Positions 35,020 through 47,342 of a DNA stretch of 64,000 nt are shown here, in pieces. The translations under genes were made by a program, and so were the position numbers. Source of the stretch: Selaginella moellendorffii (lineage: Eukaryota > Plantae > Lycopodiophyta); the NCBI RefSeq assembly GCF_000143415.4, contig NW_003314264.1, forward strand, positions 3,455,435-3,519,434. Direction: 5' to 3'. The notes beneath the pieces were generated by a model. That model saw nothing but the letters and a program-made list of their open reading frames with translations. It did no database searches and had not been told where the DNA came from. Each line of letters opens with the position of its first letter. Position 1 is the first letter of the stretch.

Positions 35020-35205
35020 TCATGAGCTCCTCAAGCTGTAGAAGCTGGGATCTGGCAGTGAAGGGCAGGTCTATTTGTTGAGTGCTCGTCACAGGGCTGG
35101 CAAGAAGTATGCAGGGAAATTAGTGAATGAAGCTTGGCTCATGTCCAAGCTTGTGTCTACCTGGAATCGTTGTGAGGGAGAGAGAAGCCAGGAGGTGTTA
35201 TGGGA
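35020..35205 (+). pseudogene. Ser/Thr kinase pseudogene, N-lobe (continues at 49775)
   Basis: KLGSGSEGQVYLL..KKYAGKLV (Gly loop and AxK). Confidence 0.6.
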
Positions 35206-35418
35206 GCGTAGAATGCACAATATAGCACCCCCCTTTATTTAGGGTGGGCTCTATTTGCTTATTTGGATTTGCATGCCACCTCATTGCTTACATGGCATTA
35301 CTATAAATTAAAGATTGTTCTAGTATATTATTTTCAATTATTTTTAAGTATTTAAAAGTACTATAACAGCATTATCTTGATTGTATAGCTTAATATGACT
35401 GCATAGAATATTAAATGC

Positions 35419-35585
35419 TGGGAGGGCCAAGTGTATGGCTATGATGCCATATACTAATATTAGCGTAGTGGTAGTTGTCGGATTGGTTTTAATCCAGACT
35501 ATTCGCTCCTGTATATAAACTAGGGTTTTTGGGTTAATTGATATACACATTTCTATATTCCTTTTCCATATCCTATGCACTCACA
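35419..35585 (+). repeat. 5' LTR of element 2
   Basis: TG..CTCACA, homologous to 49168-49342. Confidence 0.9.
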
Positions 35586-35812
35586 TTGGTGGAGGTGAGG
35601 GGCACATTTGATTGTCCTTGAGAAGTGCTTGAATTTGGGATTTTGGTTTATATCTAACTTTTGCATCACCTAAATCTAGTTTTTTTCCATTCCCTTTCTT
35701 TTGTTCTTCCCTTTCAAGATTTTGGTTTAGCTTTTTTTGCATTGTCTAAATCTCCCATTTCCTTCTCGCTTTTTGTCATTTCTCTTCTTTTGCTCTTTCT
35801 TCATCCGTCTTC

Positions 35813-36746
35813 ATGGTAGATCAGCAATCTCCTCCTTTGACTCTAGAGCAGCAGTTGGTACAATTGCTTGATGCTATATGCTTGCAATTAAACAACCAAA
35901 CTCAGTTGATGGTGGCGTTCACGGCATGTGGTACAACTCCTTCTGCTTTTGGTGCTAATCCTCGCGTTCGGTTGGAGTTCTTTCGCAGGAATCCTGGGGA
36001 TGATGTGTACCATTGGTTCGATCACTTCACGGTGATTGCCATATATCATTCTTGGGGATGATGCTCAATGTTTGCGTGAGTTTCCCATGTGTCTCCAAGG
36101 GACGGTGTTGCAATGGTACAATGGTCTGAGCACAGCCACTCGTGAGGATTGGAGTGTTCTTTCGAATGTCTTCAAATGCGCTTTCAGACATGCCGACAAC
36201 TATGATGATGCCTTCCAACAATTGCATCATCTTTGCCAAGGGCCATCTGAGTCGGTGATGCAATTTGGCGTTCGTTTCCGAAGTCTTTTACTTCAGGCGG
36301 AGCCAAATATGTTAGAGCGGATCAAGCTAGGAATGTTGTGGCTAGCACTTCATCAAGATCTTGTCGGACTTGTGCATGCACTTGCTCCCACCACTCTTGA
36401 CGATGTTCTTAGCTTAGCACAACGTTATGAGACGTTGCCTCTTCCACTTCTCGCTATACGTCCTTCAACTCCACTTCCTTTGGGTGATGGTCCTGCTCCA
36501 ATGGAGGTTGATGCTGCTGCTGCTCGAGTCTAAGGACAAGGTCGAGGACGTGGTCGTGGCCGTGATATTCGCTGTTGGGCATGTGATGAAGTTGGTCATA
36601 CTTATCGGCGTTGTCGATGCTTTCTAGATTGGCGACCTCCATTTCCTGGGTGGAGACCTTGGCGTCAGCAACGTCCTGTTGGTGCTGCTGCAGTGGATGG
36701 TTTGAACACCGAAATACATTCGGGAAACGAGGAGTCGCACGAGTAA
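35813..36746 (+). pseudogene. gag of element 2 (frameshift and nonsense lesions)
   Basis: LQGTVLQWY, LCQGPSESV, PAPMEVD, CWACDEVGHTYRRC zinc knuckle, ends SGNEESHE*. Confidence 0.85.
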
Positions 36747-39037
36747 TGGAGGGACCTTGCGCAAATAAGTCAGTGACCCCTCCATCTTTCTTTTGGGAGT
36801 ATCATCAAGGGGTTTACTCGGCACCAGTTCATCCAGTGTTTATTTTCCAAGCTCGTTTTTATAACAAAAGGTGTCATATTATTCTCTATGTGTTGGTTGA
36901 TACAGGTTCAAGTTTATCTTCTATTGCTCGACCTGTTGCCACACGTTGCCGTCTACACTTGCGTCATGCGGTGGAACCAGTTTTCATTCTTTATGGCAAC
37001 GGCCGTACACATGCATGTACATGGGATGAGGTGGACCTAGTTGTGCGTGTGGGCGATCTCGAGTTTGAGTTGCAGTCATTGTGGGTGGTGCCGAGTTAAG
37101 CTTTTGACCTCATTTTTGGTATGGATTGATTGTAGCACAATCATACCAAGTGTGATTTTAAAGCTTCTCCCCCTTGTCTCATACTTCCTTATGTTTCATC
37201 CATTCCTCTCACTTCTGTACCTTTTTGTCCCTCTACTTCTACCTCTGCTTCCATTACTTTTGTTCCCCCGTTATTTCCTCCTATGTTTCTATCTTGTTCT
37301 GCTCTTCCTTTTTCCAATCCCTCTGATGATCTTTGTGTTGCAACGGTGGACCGGCTCATGAAGGAGTATTTTGATCTCTTTGAATTTGACCTATCGTCTA
37401 GGGCCAAGATTGCCACGTGTCATCCAATTCCAACTGGGGATGCTCGTCCAATCAAGGTTCCCATTCATCGTCGGTCACCCAAGGAGATCCGGATCTTACG
37501 TGCAAATGTCAAGGAGATGTTGGAAAAGGGTGTTATTTAGAAGCCGCAGAGTTCTTGGGCATGTGAACCTCATCTTGTGACAAAGCCTAATGGGAGTATT
37601 CGTTTCTGCATCAACTATCGTCCGTTAAATGAAGTGATGATCTTAGATGTGTACCCTCTTCTTCACACTGCGGATCTCTTGGATTGTCTGGGGCGAAGTC
37701 ATTAATTCACCAAGCTAGATATTGCTTCTGGGTACTGGCAAGTACCAATGGCCGAAGAAGATATTCCTAAGATTGCTTTTTGTACACCATTTGGTTTGTA
37801 CGAATTCTTGGTGATGCCATTTGGTTTGAACAATGCTTCAGCAACTTTCTAATGGATGATGGATAAGGTTCTTTGCGATATGTTGGAGGAGACTATTGAC
37901 TTCATTAATGATGTCTTGATCCACTCGGAGGGGACGTGAGAGGAGCACGTTCGTGATGTTTGTAAAGTGTTGAATCGGCTATGCAACGTTAGCTTAAAGC
38001 TAAAGCGGTCAAAGTGCGTATTTGGGTCCAAGGATATAACTTATCTTGGGGACCGTATTCCTCATAAGGGTTTGCAAGTTGATCTTGACAAACTTGTGGC
38101 TGTTCTAAAGTTCCCTACTCTGAAGTGTGTGAATGATGTGCAGTGCTTCTTAGGCAAGGTGCAATATCTCAGTCGTTTTATGGATCATCTTTCTAATCGC
38201 ACTGCACCGTTGCGAGCGTTGCTGAAGTCATCAACATCATCTTTCATCTAGTCTCCGGATTGTGAGCGGGCGTTCGGGGATCTCAAAGAGCTATTGACGA
38301 CTCCTTTGGTTTTGGCATATCTTAACTACACTTGACCTTTTATTTTGCGCGTGGATGCTTCTGACATTGGTCTTAGAGGTGTGTTGATGCAAGAGAGCTC
38401 GAGTGTGCCTAGTTAGCGCCATCCCATTGCATATATAAGCCGTATATTACAACTAACGGAAATGAATTACTCCACGACAGAGGAGTGTTTAGCAGCAGTT
38501 TGGGGTTCAAGAAACTTTATGCATATCTATATGGTTCTCGGATGTTACTTGAAAGTGATCATGCTACTGTTACTTCATTATTAAAGCAGAAGAACCTAGT
38601 TAGTTGTACTACTCGATAGGCTTTGAAATTTAAGATATATGATTTTGATGTTATTTATCGCCTAGGGAGTTCTATGCCTGATGCTGATGCCCTTTCTCGA
38701 GCTCTTCTTCCTTCTCCATTCTCTTCTCATGTTTCTTATGAGCTTGTTGTTCCAGCCTCTGTGGATTTTCTAGATGAGGATTCTGTGCCGTCGGCAGTTG
38801 TTGTACTTGACATTTAGTGTCCACAAGGCGTAGAGCAAGATCTACCTTCTCTTGATGAGGTTCGCGAGGCTCAAAAGATTGAGCCGTGGATTTGAAGGCT
38901 TCAAGATGGGTTTGAGAATCCTGCATCACTTGTTGATGACTTGCCTTTTTGGCATTTACATTCTCAATATCGCCTTAAAGATGGCCTTCTTTATTTTGTG
39001 GGGACGGATCTTGATGATCATTTACGGCTAGTGGTGC
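36730..39037 (+). pseudogene. pol of element 2 (protease, RT, RNase H, start of integrase); integrase continues at 40633-41078 and 48426-49040
   Basis: LVDTGSS, VMPFGL, RVDASDIG; removing the insertions restores LRLVVPSIFIL..HDS..GGH and DNGLAFMAKAF..SAYHPQSNG. Confidence 0.88.
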
Positions 39038-40627
39038 TGTGAGACACAAAATCCCTAAGCCCCAAAGTGGAGCCGGAAGGGTGCCATGTGGTAGTGGCTG
39101 AAGTGAAAGCCAAACGAGTGTAACACGTTTGGATCGAAAGCTTCGATTTGAAATGTCAAGAGTGGGAGTGGAACTCCCAGCGAAGGGCTCGAGGAACGAG
39201 TATGAAGCGAGCAATAAGCGAGGCTCCAAAAAGGGGCCCAAAAGGACCAACACGTGACACGTGGATGAGTCTGAGATGGAGTCCGAGATGGACTCGAGTT
39301 GGAGTCTGAGATGGACCCAAGATGGAGTCCGAGATGGAGTCCGAAATGGACTGAGATGGAGTCCGAGATGGACCGAGACAGAGTCCGAGATGGAGTACAA
39401 GATGGAGTCCGAGATGGACCCAAGATGGAGTCCGAGATGGATCCGAGACGGAGTCCGAGATGGAGTCCGAGATGGACCTGAGATGGAATCCGAGATGGAG
39501 TTCGAGAAGGACCCGAGATGGAGTCCGAGGTCGAGACCGAGACCGAGACCGGGACCGAGACTGAGACCAGGACCAAGACCGAGATCGAGACCATTAGGAT
39601 CGAGGCCGAGTCCGAGTCCGAGTTCGAGTCTAAGAGGGTGAAAGCCCAAAGCGTTCGTCTCCCAGACCCTAGGGGGTTTGGTGAGCTCCAAAAGTATAGT
39701 AGGGGGAAGACTGCAGTGGAGCCAGTTTGGCCAAGAAAGGCCAGTTTGGCCCAGGAAAGTTGTACCCAGTGTTGGGTGATGAGCTGCCCACTGGGAAGTC
39801 CAAGACTAGAGTGAACATGGACCGACAAGTGGGGTAGCTTGGTGAAGTGTTCAAGAGCTGACTCTAGTTCCCCCAGGAGATTGATTGGCCGATGCTCCCA
39901 GTCCAAGTGTGGGTGGCACTACCTACTTGGATACCAGGCGTGGCTCAATGGAACCTCGCTCTAAGCCCATGGCTAGAGCACCCAAAGGTGGAAGGTGGGA
40001 AGAGTACCCACGAGGCTTGCGTAAGACCATGGTGTTCCGAAATGTTGCCCCAAAGGCCCAGACTGTGGAAAGGAAGAGGAGTAGTCCTCTAGTGTAGTGA
40101 CCAAGGATATAGTTGTGCGGTGAGGAAGTCCTAGAGGACAGTGGGACTTAGTGGTCAGGCTTGTGGGCCTTGATCCAGTGGCAGTGTTGGCGAACACGGC
40201 CAAGGACAAAAAGGGACTAGGTGAGGGCCAGAAAGGAGATATTGGGGAAGGCTATTCCCCATGTCTATAGGCATTTTAAGGATGCTAAGGAGTGGATCTG
40301 GGATGACCACTCATGGACGGATGGCCCAGTCTTGGAGAGACAGGATTGCAATGCAAGTGGTATTGGACCACCAATGTGACCAAGGTGATTGGGCATGGCC
40401 TAGCGTAACAGGCTGGTATGTTGGTGGTGCTTTGGGGTGTCGGTCATGGGATCGGATATGTGAAGCACTTGGACCAAGTGCAAAGGTTGAGTGGCAGGGA
40501 GGCCATTCTTGAGGCTAGCAAGCCCAAGTCCAAAATAGGACATATGGAGGTTGTGAGTGAGACTCCTCCAAGTGGTCGGAGGTGTGGTTAAGTGACTAAA
40601 GTAGAATGGAAAAATTAGTCGCTTACA
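39038..40627 (+). mobile_element. Solo LTR (1590 bp) of the hairpin-rich LARD-like family
   Basis: TGTGAGACAC..CGCTTACA termini, TSD GGTGC/AGTGC (1 mismatch), homologous to the LTRs at 41079 and 46835. Confidence 0.93.
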
Positions 40628-41078
40628 AGTGCCTTCTATCTTTATTCTGCAGTTTCTCCATGCCTACCATGATTCTCTTGTTCTAGGTGGGCATATGGGA
40701 CATTGTCATGTAACCAAGAAATTGCGCAGGTCTTTCTATTGGCCGGAAATGCAACGTGATATTATCCGATATGTGTGTATCTGCGTTTGGTGCCAAGCTC
40801 GTAATACTCCCCCTCGAGCTGCCAAAGGACAGTTGGAGTCAATTGCAATTTCCCATCCGTTTAAGTTGGTGGTGTTTAATCTTATGGGACCTTTTCCACG
40901 GTCAACTGCTGGCAATGAGTATATTATTATTGCTTTTGAATATTTGATTCGTTGGGTGGAAGTTGGTGCTCTTGCTAGCACCTCTGCAACTGCTGTTGGA
41001 TACTTCCTTCTCAATCGAGTGGTGTTCTAGCACTCTTGTTTAGAGTGGATTCTTTTGGATAATGGTCTTGCATTTATG

Positions 41079-44000
41079 TGTGAGACACAAAATCCCTAGG
41101 CCCCAAAGTGGAGCCGGAAGGGCGCCATGTGGTAGTGGCTGAAGCGAAAGCCAAACGAGTGTAACACGTTTGGACTAAAAGCTCCGACTTGGAAGGTCGA
41201 GAGCGGGAGTGAAACTCCCAACAAAGTGCTCGAGGAGCGAGCACGAGACAACCAATAAGCAAGGCTCCAAAAAGGGACCCAAAAAGGACCAACACATGAC
41301 ACGTGGAAGTGTCCGAGATGGAGTCTGAGATGGACTGAGACGGAGTCCGAGATGGAGTCCGAGGTGGAGTCTGAGATGGACTGAGACGGAGTCCGAGATG
41401 GAGTCCGAGGTGGGCCAAGACGGAGTCCGAGATGGAGTCCGAGATGGACCAAAACGGAGTCCAAGATGGAGTCCGAGATGGACCGAGACAGAGTCCGAGA
41501 TGGAGTTCGAGATGGAGTCCGAGGTGGGCCAAGACGGAGTTTGAGATGGACCAAAACGGAGTCCGAGATGGAGTCCAAGGTGGACCGAGACGGAGTCCGA
41601 GATGGAGTCTGAGATGGACCCGAGATGGAATCCGAGATGGAGTCCGAGAAGGACCCGAGATGGAGTCCGAGGTCGAGACCGAGACCGGGACCGAGACCGA
41701 GACCAAGACCAAGACCGAGACCGAGACCGAGATCAAGACCGAGACCGAGGCCGAGGCCGAGTCCGAGTCCGAGTTCGAGTCCGAGTCCGAGTTCGAGTCT
41801 GAGAGGGTGAAAGCTTAAAGCGTTTGTCTCCCAGACCCTAGGGGGTTTGGTGAGCTCCAAAAGTATAGTAAGGGGGAGGACTACAGTGGAGCCAGTTTGG
41901 CCAGGAAAGGCTAGTTTGGCCTAGAGAGGCTGCACCCAGTGTTGGGTGATGAGCTGATCACTGGGAAGTCCAAGACTAGAGTGAACACGGACCGACAAGC
42001 GGGGTAGCTTGGTGAAGTGTTCAAGAGCCGGCTCTAGTTCCCCCGGGAGATCGTCTGGCCGATGCTCCCAGTCCAAGTGTGGGTGGCACTACCTACTTGG
42101 ATACCTGATGTGGCTCAATGGAACCTCGCTCTAAGCCCATGGCTAGAGCACCTAAAGGTGAAAGGCAGGGAGAGTACCCACGAGGCCCGCGTAGGGCCAC
42201 GGTGTTCCGAAATGTCGTCCCAAAGTCCCAAACTATGGAAAGGAAGAGGAGTAGTCCTCTGGTGTGGTGACCAAGGACACAATCACACAGGGAGGAAGTC
42301 CTAGAGGACAGTGGGACTTAGTGGTCGGGCCTGTGGGCCTTGATCCAGTGGCAGTGTTAGCGAGCATGGCCAAGGACGAAAAGGGACTTGGTGGGGACTG
42401 GAACGAAGATGTTGGGGAAGGCTAATCCCCATGTCTGTGGGCATCCTAAGGATGCTAAGGAGTGGATCTGGGATGATCACTCGTGGATGGATGGCCCAGT
42501 CTTTGAGTGACGAGATTGGGATGCAGGTGGTGTCAGACCATCGTTATGACCAAGGTGAATGGACATGGCCTTAGTGTAACAAGCTGATATGTTGGTGGTA
42601 CCTTGGGGTGTCGGTCATGGGATCGGTCACGTGGAGCACTTGGACCAAGTGCATAGGTTGAGTGGCGGGGATGCCATTCTCGAGGCTAGTAAGCCCAAGT
42701 CCAAAATAGGACTTACGGAGGTTGTGAGTGAGACTCCTCCAAGTGGTCGGAGGTGCGGTTAAGTGACTAAAGTAAAATGGAAAAATTAGTCGCTTACAAC
42801 TTGGTATCGGAGTTGTTCCTTAGTCCGACTCTAATTGGTGGCCAAGTATATCACCACTTGTATTGGAATCGGAAGGTCCTAGATATGGACCTATCCTAGA
42901 GGAGTAGCATGTCAAAAGGACATGGCTCTCCACTCAAGTTCATGCATAAACTTGTGCACGATATGGTGGATGGAAAAGGGCCAGTAAGGGAACGACTTTG
43001 GGATTTTGGGAACAGTATAAGGGTTTCCTCAGAGAGCTGAGGATGTGATCCAGATGAGCGTTTGACGCAGCAAACGAGCTAATGTAGTTGTGGTAAACAA
43101 CTATAGTTGGGATCACGGGGAAGATGCAGACTCCAAAACAGTAAAGGAGTCACAAGATGGTACTCATAAATTTGAGATTGGAATTGTTGACCGTGGGTGG
43201 TCAAATACAGAAGAGGACACCAGTCCTTGAAATGGTAGCTGGGGCTACCTCTAACAAATGCTGGAACAACCCAAGGAGTTGGGGGTGTACTTAAAGATGA
43301 GTTGCTATTCTCATCACATGGACAAGTAGTCATAAGGGGCAAAGGTTAGCCCCAAGAAAATCATCAAGTGTCAGAGTAACACTTGCAAAGATCATCCTTA
43401 TGAGTAGGACATGAATACACGAAGTTGTATTCCAGTGAGTTGGCACCTCTAAGACTAAGACCTCGCAAGTTGTAGGATTAGCAAAGTCCAAAATGCTGGA
43501 TGACTCAAGCGGAGTCAGGGAATGGTCCTAAGGGATTGGTTAGAGCATTTGGACTGAGGTGTATGGTGCCCCATGAGGTATGGGGAGGATCATAAGATCC
43601 AAGTATGAGAACAGTAGGTATCTCATTGATGGTAGAATTGCCATACTAAAGTTGTGGGAAAGATGTTCCCAGAAGAAAGCAACTTTGGCCCAAAGTTGGG
43701 TGCAAACACTATGGTGCGGTGCTAATAGATAGTTAGCATGAGGAACAATTATATTGGTCTTAGGCAAAGTCCTAGACACTAATAAGTAGTGTCATAAGGG
43801 TAGGCTCGTGGGGCCAATGGTGTGGAGACACCAAATGTGCCAAGGTGTGATACCTTGAGGTTATGATGGTGGGTTCATAAGAACCCCTTGCCAAGGGAAT
43901 CCCAATGAAAGCGGGAATGGCATGGCTTAAGCTGGAAGGCATGCGGTTGGAGTGTGGTGACCTAAATAATGATAGAGGTGTGGAAGCACCAAGCAATGAG

Positions 44001-47000
44001 TTGTAAGACTTGACAACTATGGGGCAACTAAGCAAGAGGTGCAAAATAATTGGTTAAATGGGTAGAAGGTAGCTACCCAAGACTTCTTAATGGCATAAAG
44101 AAGTTAGATATACTTTTACGGGAGATAAATTGCTTATGTTGCGATATAATAAGTCAATGTCGTAAACGGGAATGCTCATTGTCATGAGGCCATCATTGGG
44201 ACACCCAAACACTCTAGAACATCAGGAGGTGGTGTTTCGTGTCACAAGGGCAATAGATAAGGCCCAAGGGACTAAGTCCCTAGCGAATGATGGATAGTAG
44301 GTGCTATCCAAATGTCCAAGGTTATGGAGACAGGAGAAGACTGTCTACCCGAATTGGACAGAGCCAAAAATTGAATTTTGGCAAGGCTAGTGATGGGCAT
44401 GTAAAGGCCTATAAGCAGCAACGTTAATCCCAATGTGTGGGATCATAAGGTGAACATGCCCAAGATTGAGGAACCACTCCCTAGGCTATTGGGTAGGTTC
44501 ATCCCTAAGAATACTTGCTAAGGCATAGTAAAATATGCAAAGCTTTCCTCCTAGTCTGGAGGAGAATAACCAAAGGAAACATATGGGGCCAAAAGGCAAG
44601 TAGTATTGGGATGGAACTGAACCATAGAAATCGAAGAGCATATCTAACGGTGGTTATGCAAGTTGGGAGTGGAGAATCAAGAGGGTGCTCGAGGATGTTG
44701 TTGCTAGCAACCGTGATGCCATGGAGAGTCTAAAATATGGAATTGTCCATGTTAGACTATATGGCAACTATAAAGCTTGCAAAAAGGAAGGCCTTAGCAA
44801 GCTAAGGGATAGAGTTCCTTCAAGGTTCCCAAAGACGATTCTAGGTAGCTTAGTACCTAGAAAGGCCAAGTGTAAATGGTTCATGAAACACGCAAAATCA
44901 GAGTGGCGCAGCAGAAGTGTGGTCTTGAAACTTGCCATGAGGCAAGGCTATCAAGGTTAGGGAAGTAGTTCCCGAGTGTTCAAAGAGAGGGCTTTGAACG
45001 AAAGTCGATGGTCAAGGACTTTCACGCTTATGCAGGAACCATATTATAGTGGTCGGAGGACTTGCCAAGCGAGATTGGCAAGTCGGGGGAACAAATACCC
45101 TAGTTGAAGGTGATAACTTCAAAAAGGGTGGGCCATGGGGCCAAGCATGGAGGAGTCCATGCATGATCACAGAATTGTTAGGTGAGAGGATTTGGCAGTG
45201 TGGAGGAACTAGGTTCTTAAGCTGTAGCGTGCTTTAAGTATAAGTTGGTGCACCGGCGTGGGGAGTCACGCCAAGCATCCTACGTGATGCCATCCGTAGA
45301 TGCATATACGGAGGTTGGGTTCGAGTCCCGACCCTCTAGTGCTTGGGTTCGAGTCCTAAATCACTAGGGCGTGGTGATGGTTTGGAATATGAGGACACTT
45401 ATATTTCGGTGGTCATGGACTCTCAGTGAGGAGACTGGTTTGGGCACACCGCCAAGTGAGGGATGCCTAGGAGTCGTGATGCACGGTTAGATTGCTTAGA
45501 GTGAAAGCTCGGCATATCTAATTTGAACACTTTGGTGCAAAGAGCACCAAGGACGTGGTGAATGAGATGGGGACACCCAGTCTTAGTTGCTATGGATCCT
45601 TGGCCGGAAGGGTTGGCTTGGGCACACCGCCAAGTGTGGGGGATGCCCCCAGGGTCATAGTCAACAACATAGAGGGGTCTGGAAGACCTAGTTCCTATGG
45701 GTAGACCTATTAAGGGGTCAAGGTGAGATCACTAGGTGATCTTGTGGCTAAACAAGGACAAGGTCTTTATTTGGGTTAAGGAATATGATTCCGAGTTCAA
45801 AGTGTTGATTTGAACTATTGATAATGGTGTGGCTTGGTCAAGGTGACCAAGTGGAAAGAACACATAAGGGAAATGAGCTATGTCAATGCTGTGGCATAGT
45901 AAGTCCGAGGAAGGTAGTCTCTATAAAAGATCCAAGAAAGGATCTCAAAAGTTGGGCCATGGATAGAGCCCACAGCAGAAAATGTTAAAGAGACGTACTA
46001 GGGGTGAACACCCTCTAGATTTGGCAAAGCAAAGTGTTTGCTATGGAACTGAAAGGAAACCTCAAAAATGGAGGTAGTGATTCTATGTTGTTGGGTGCAA
46101 CAATCAAGGATAGGAGCAAAAGACTAGTGGCTAAGAAAAAAGCCATGGGAATCCCAGGAAAGAATCCAAATGGCAAAGTTAAGCCGAGAACACTAATGTG
46201 TTGGGTGTTAATGGATTGTGGGAAAGGCAATGTTTCCCCAAGGGTGGATTCCCAACCACTCCAATTTGGCGAAGTGGATGCTCTAAAGGGGGGAGCGGTA
46301 AGGTAGCCAAATAATAGGGCCGTGGGCAGCCCTACCACCAATTATGATAACTGAAATTTAGTGTCAAAGGTGGCACGATATCGGAGAGAGGATGATGGTA
46401 TCCTCAAGTAAAGAACTTCCTAGGATAGGGAAGTGGAGTTGCACCATGTGCAACGTAAGGTGTCGGAGACACCTAGGAAATTGACTCTGAGAAGTCAAAA
46501 CTAAAAGTTCCAAAGTGCAAGGTTATGTCAATGGAATCTGAGACTACTCAAGAATGAGTAGTGGAATTGAGTTAGAGAGGGAGTCTCTAATGGGTTTAAC
46601 GAGAAATGAACCAATAAAAGGGAGCAAACCACCCCAGGTGGTCGAATGAGTCTCTATATTGGAGAGACTATGCTCCTTAGAGGATGGACAAGGCATGGTG
46701 CGCCTTTGGTGTCAAACTATAGACAAATATTGGCTGGGTGCCAAGGATGGAACTGGTAATACATATGGGTGTTACTTTATAAGAGGGTTTACCGTTTGAT
46801 GAGGACATCGAACTTCGTCTATGGGTGGTGGAGTTGTGAGACATAAAATCCCTAGGCCCCAAAGTGGAGCTGGAAGGGCGCCATGTGGTAGTGGCCGAAG
46901 CGAAAGCCAAACGAGCGTAACACATATGGACTAAAAGCTCCGACTTAGAAGGTCGAAAGCGAGAGTGGAACTCCCAACAAAGTGCTCGAGGAGCGAGCAC

Positions 47001-47303
47001 GAGGCAACCAATAAGCAAGGCTCCAAAAAGGGACCCAAAAAGGACCAACACATGACACGTGGAAGTGTCTGAGATGGACCGAGACAGAGTCCGAGATGGA
47101 GTCCGAGACGGAGTCCGAGGTGGGCCGAGACGGAGTCCGAGATGGAGTCCGAGATGGACCGAGACAGAGTCCGAGATGGAGTTCGAGATGGAGTCTGAGA
47201 TGGAGTCTGAGATAGACTCGAGATGGAATCCGAGATGGAGTCCGAGAAGGACCCGAGATGGAGTCCAAGGTCGAGACCGAGACCGGGACCGAGACCGAGA
47301 CCA

Positions 47304-47342
<39 letters not shown>

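Noticed and set aside
45313-45367. tRNA gene or SINE
   Set aside because: T-arm-like hairpins only; no D-arm/A-box, anticodon arm or acceptor stem
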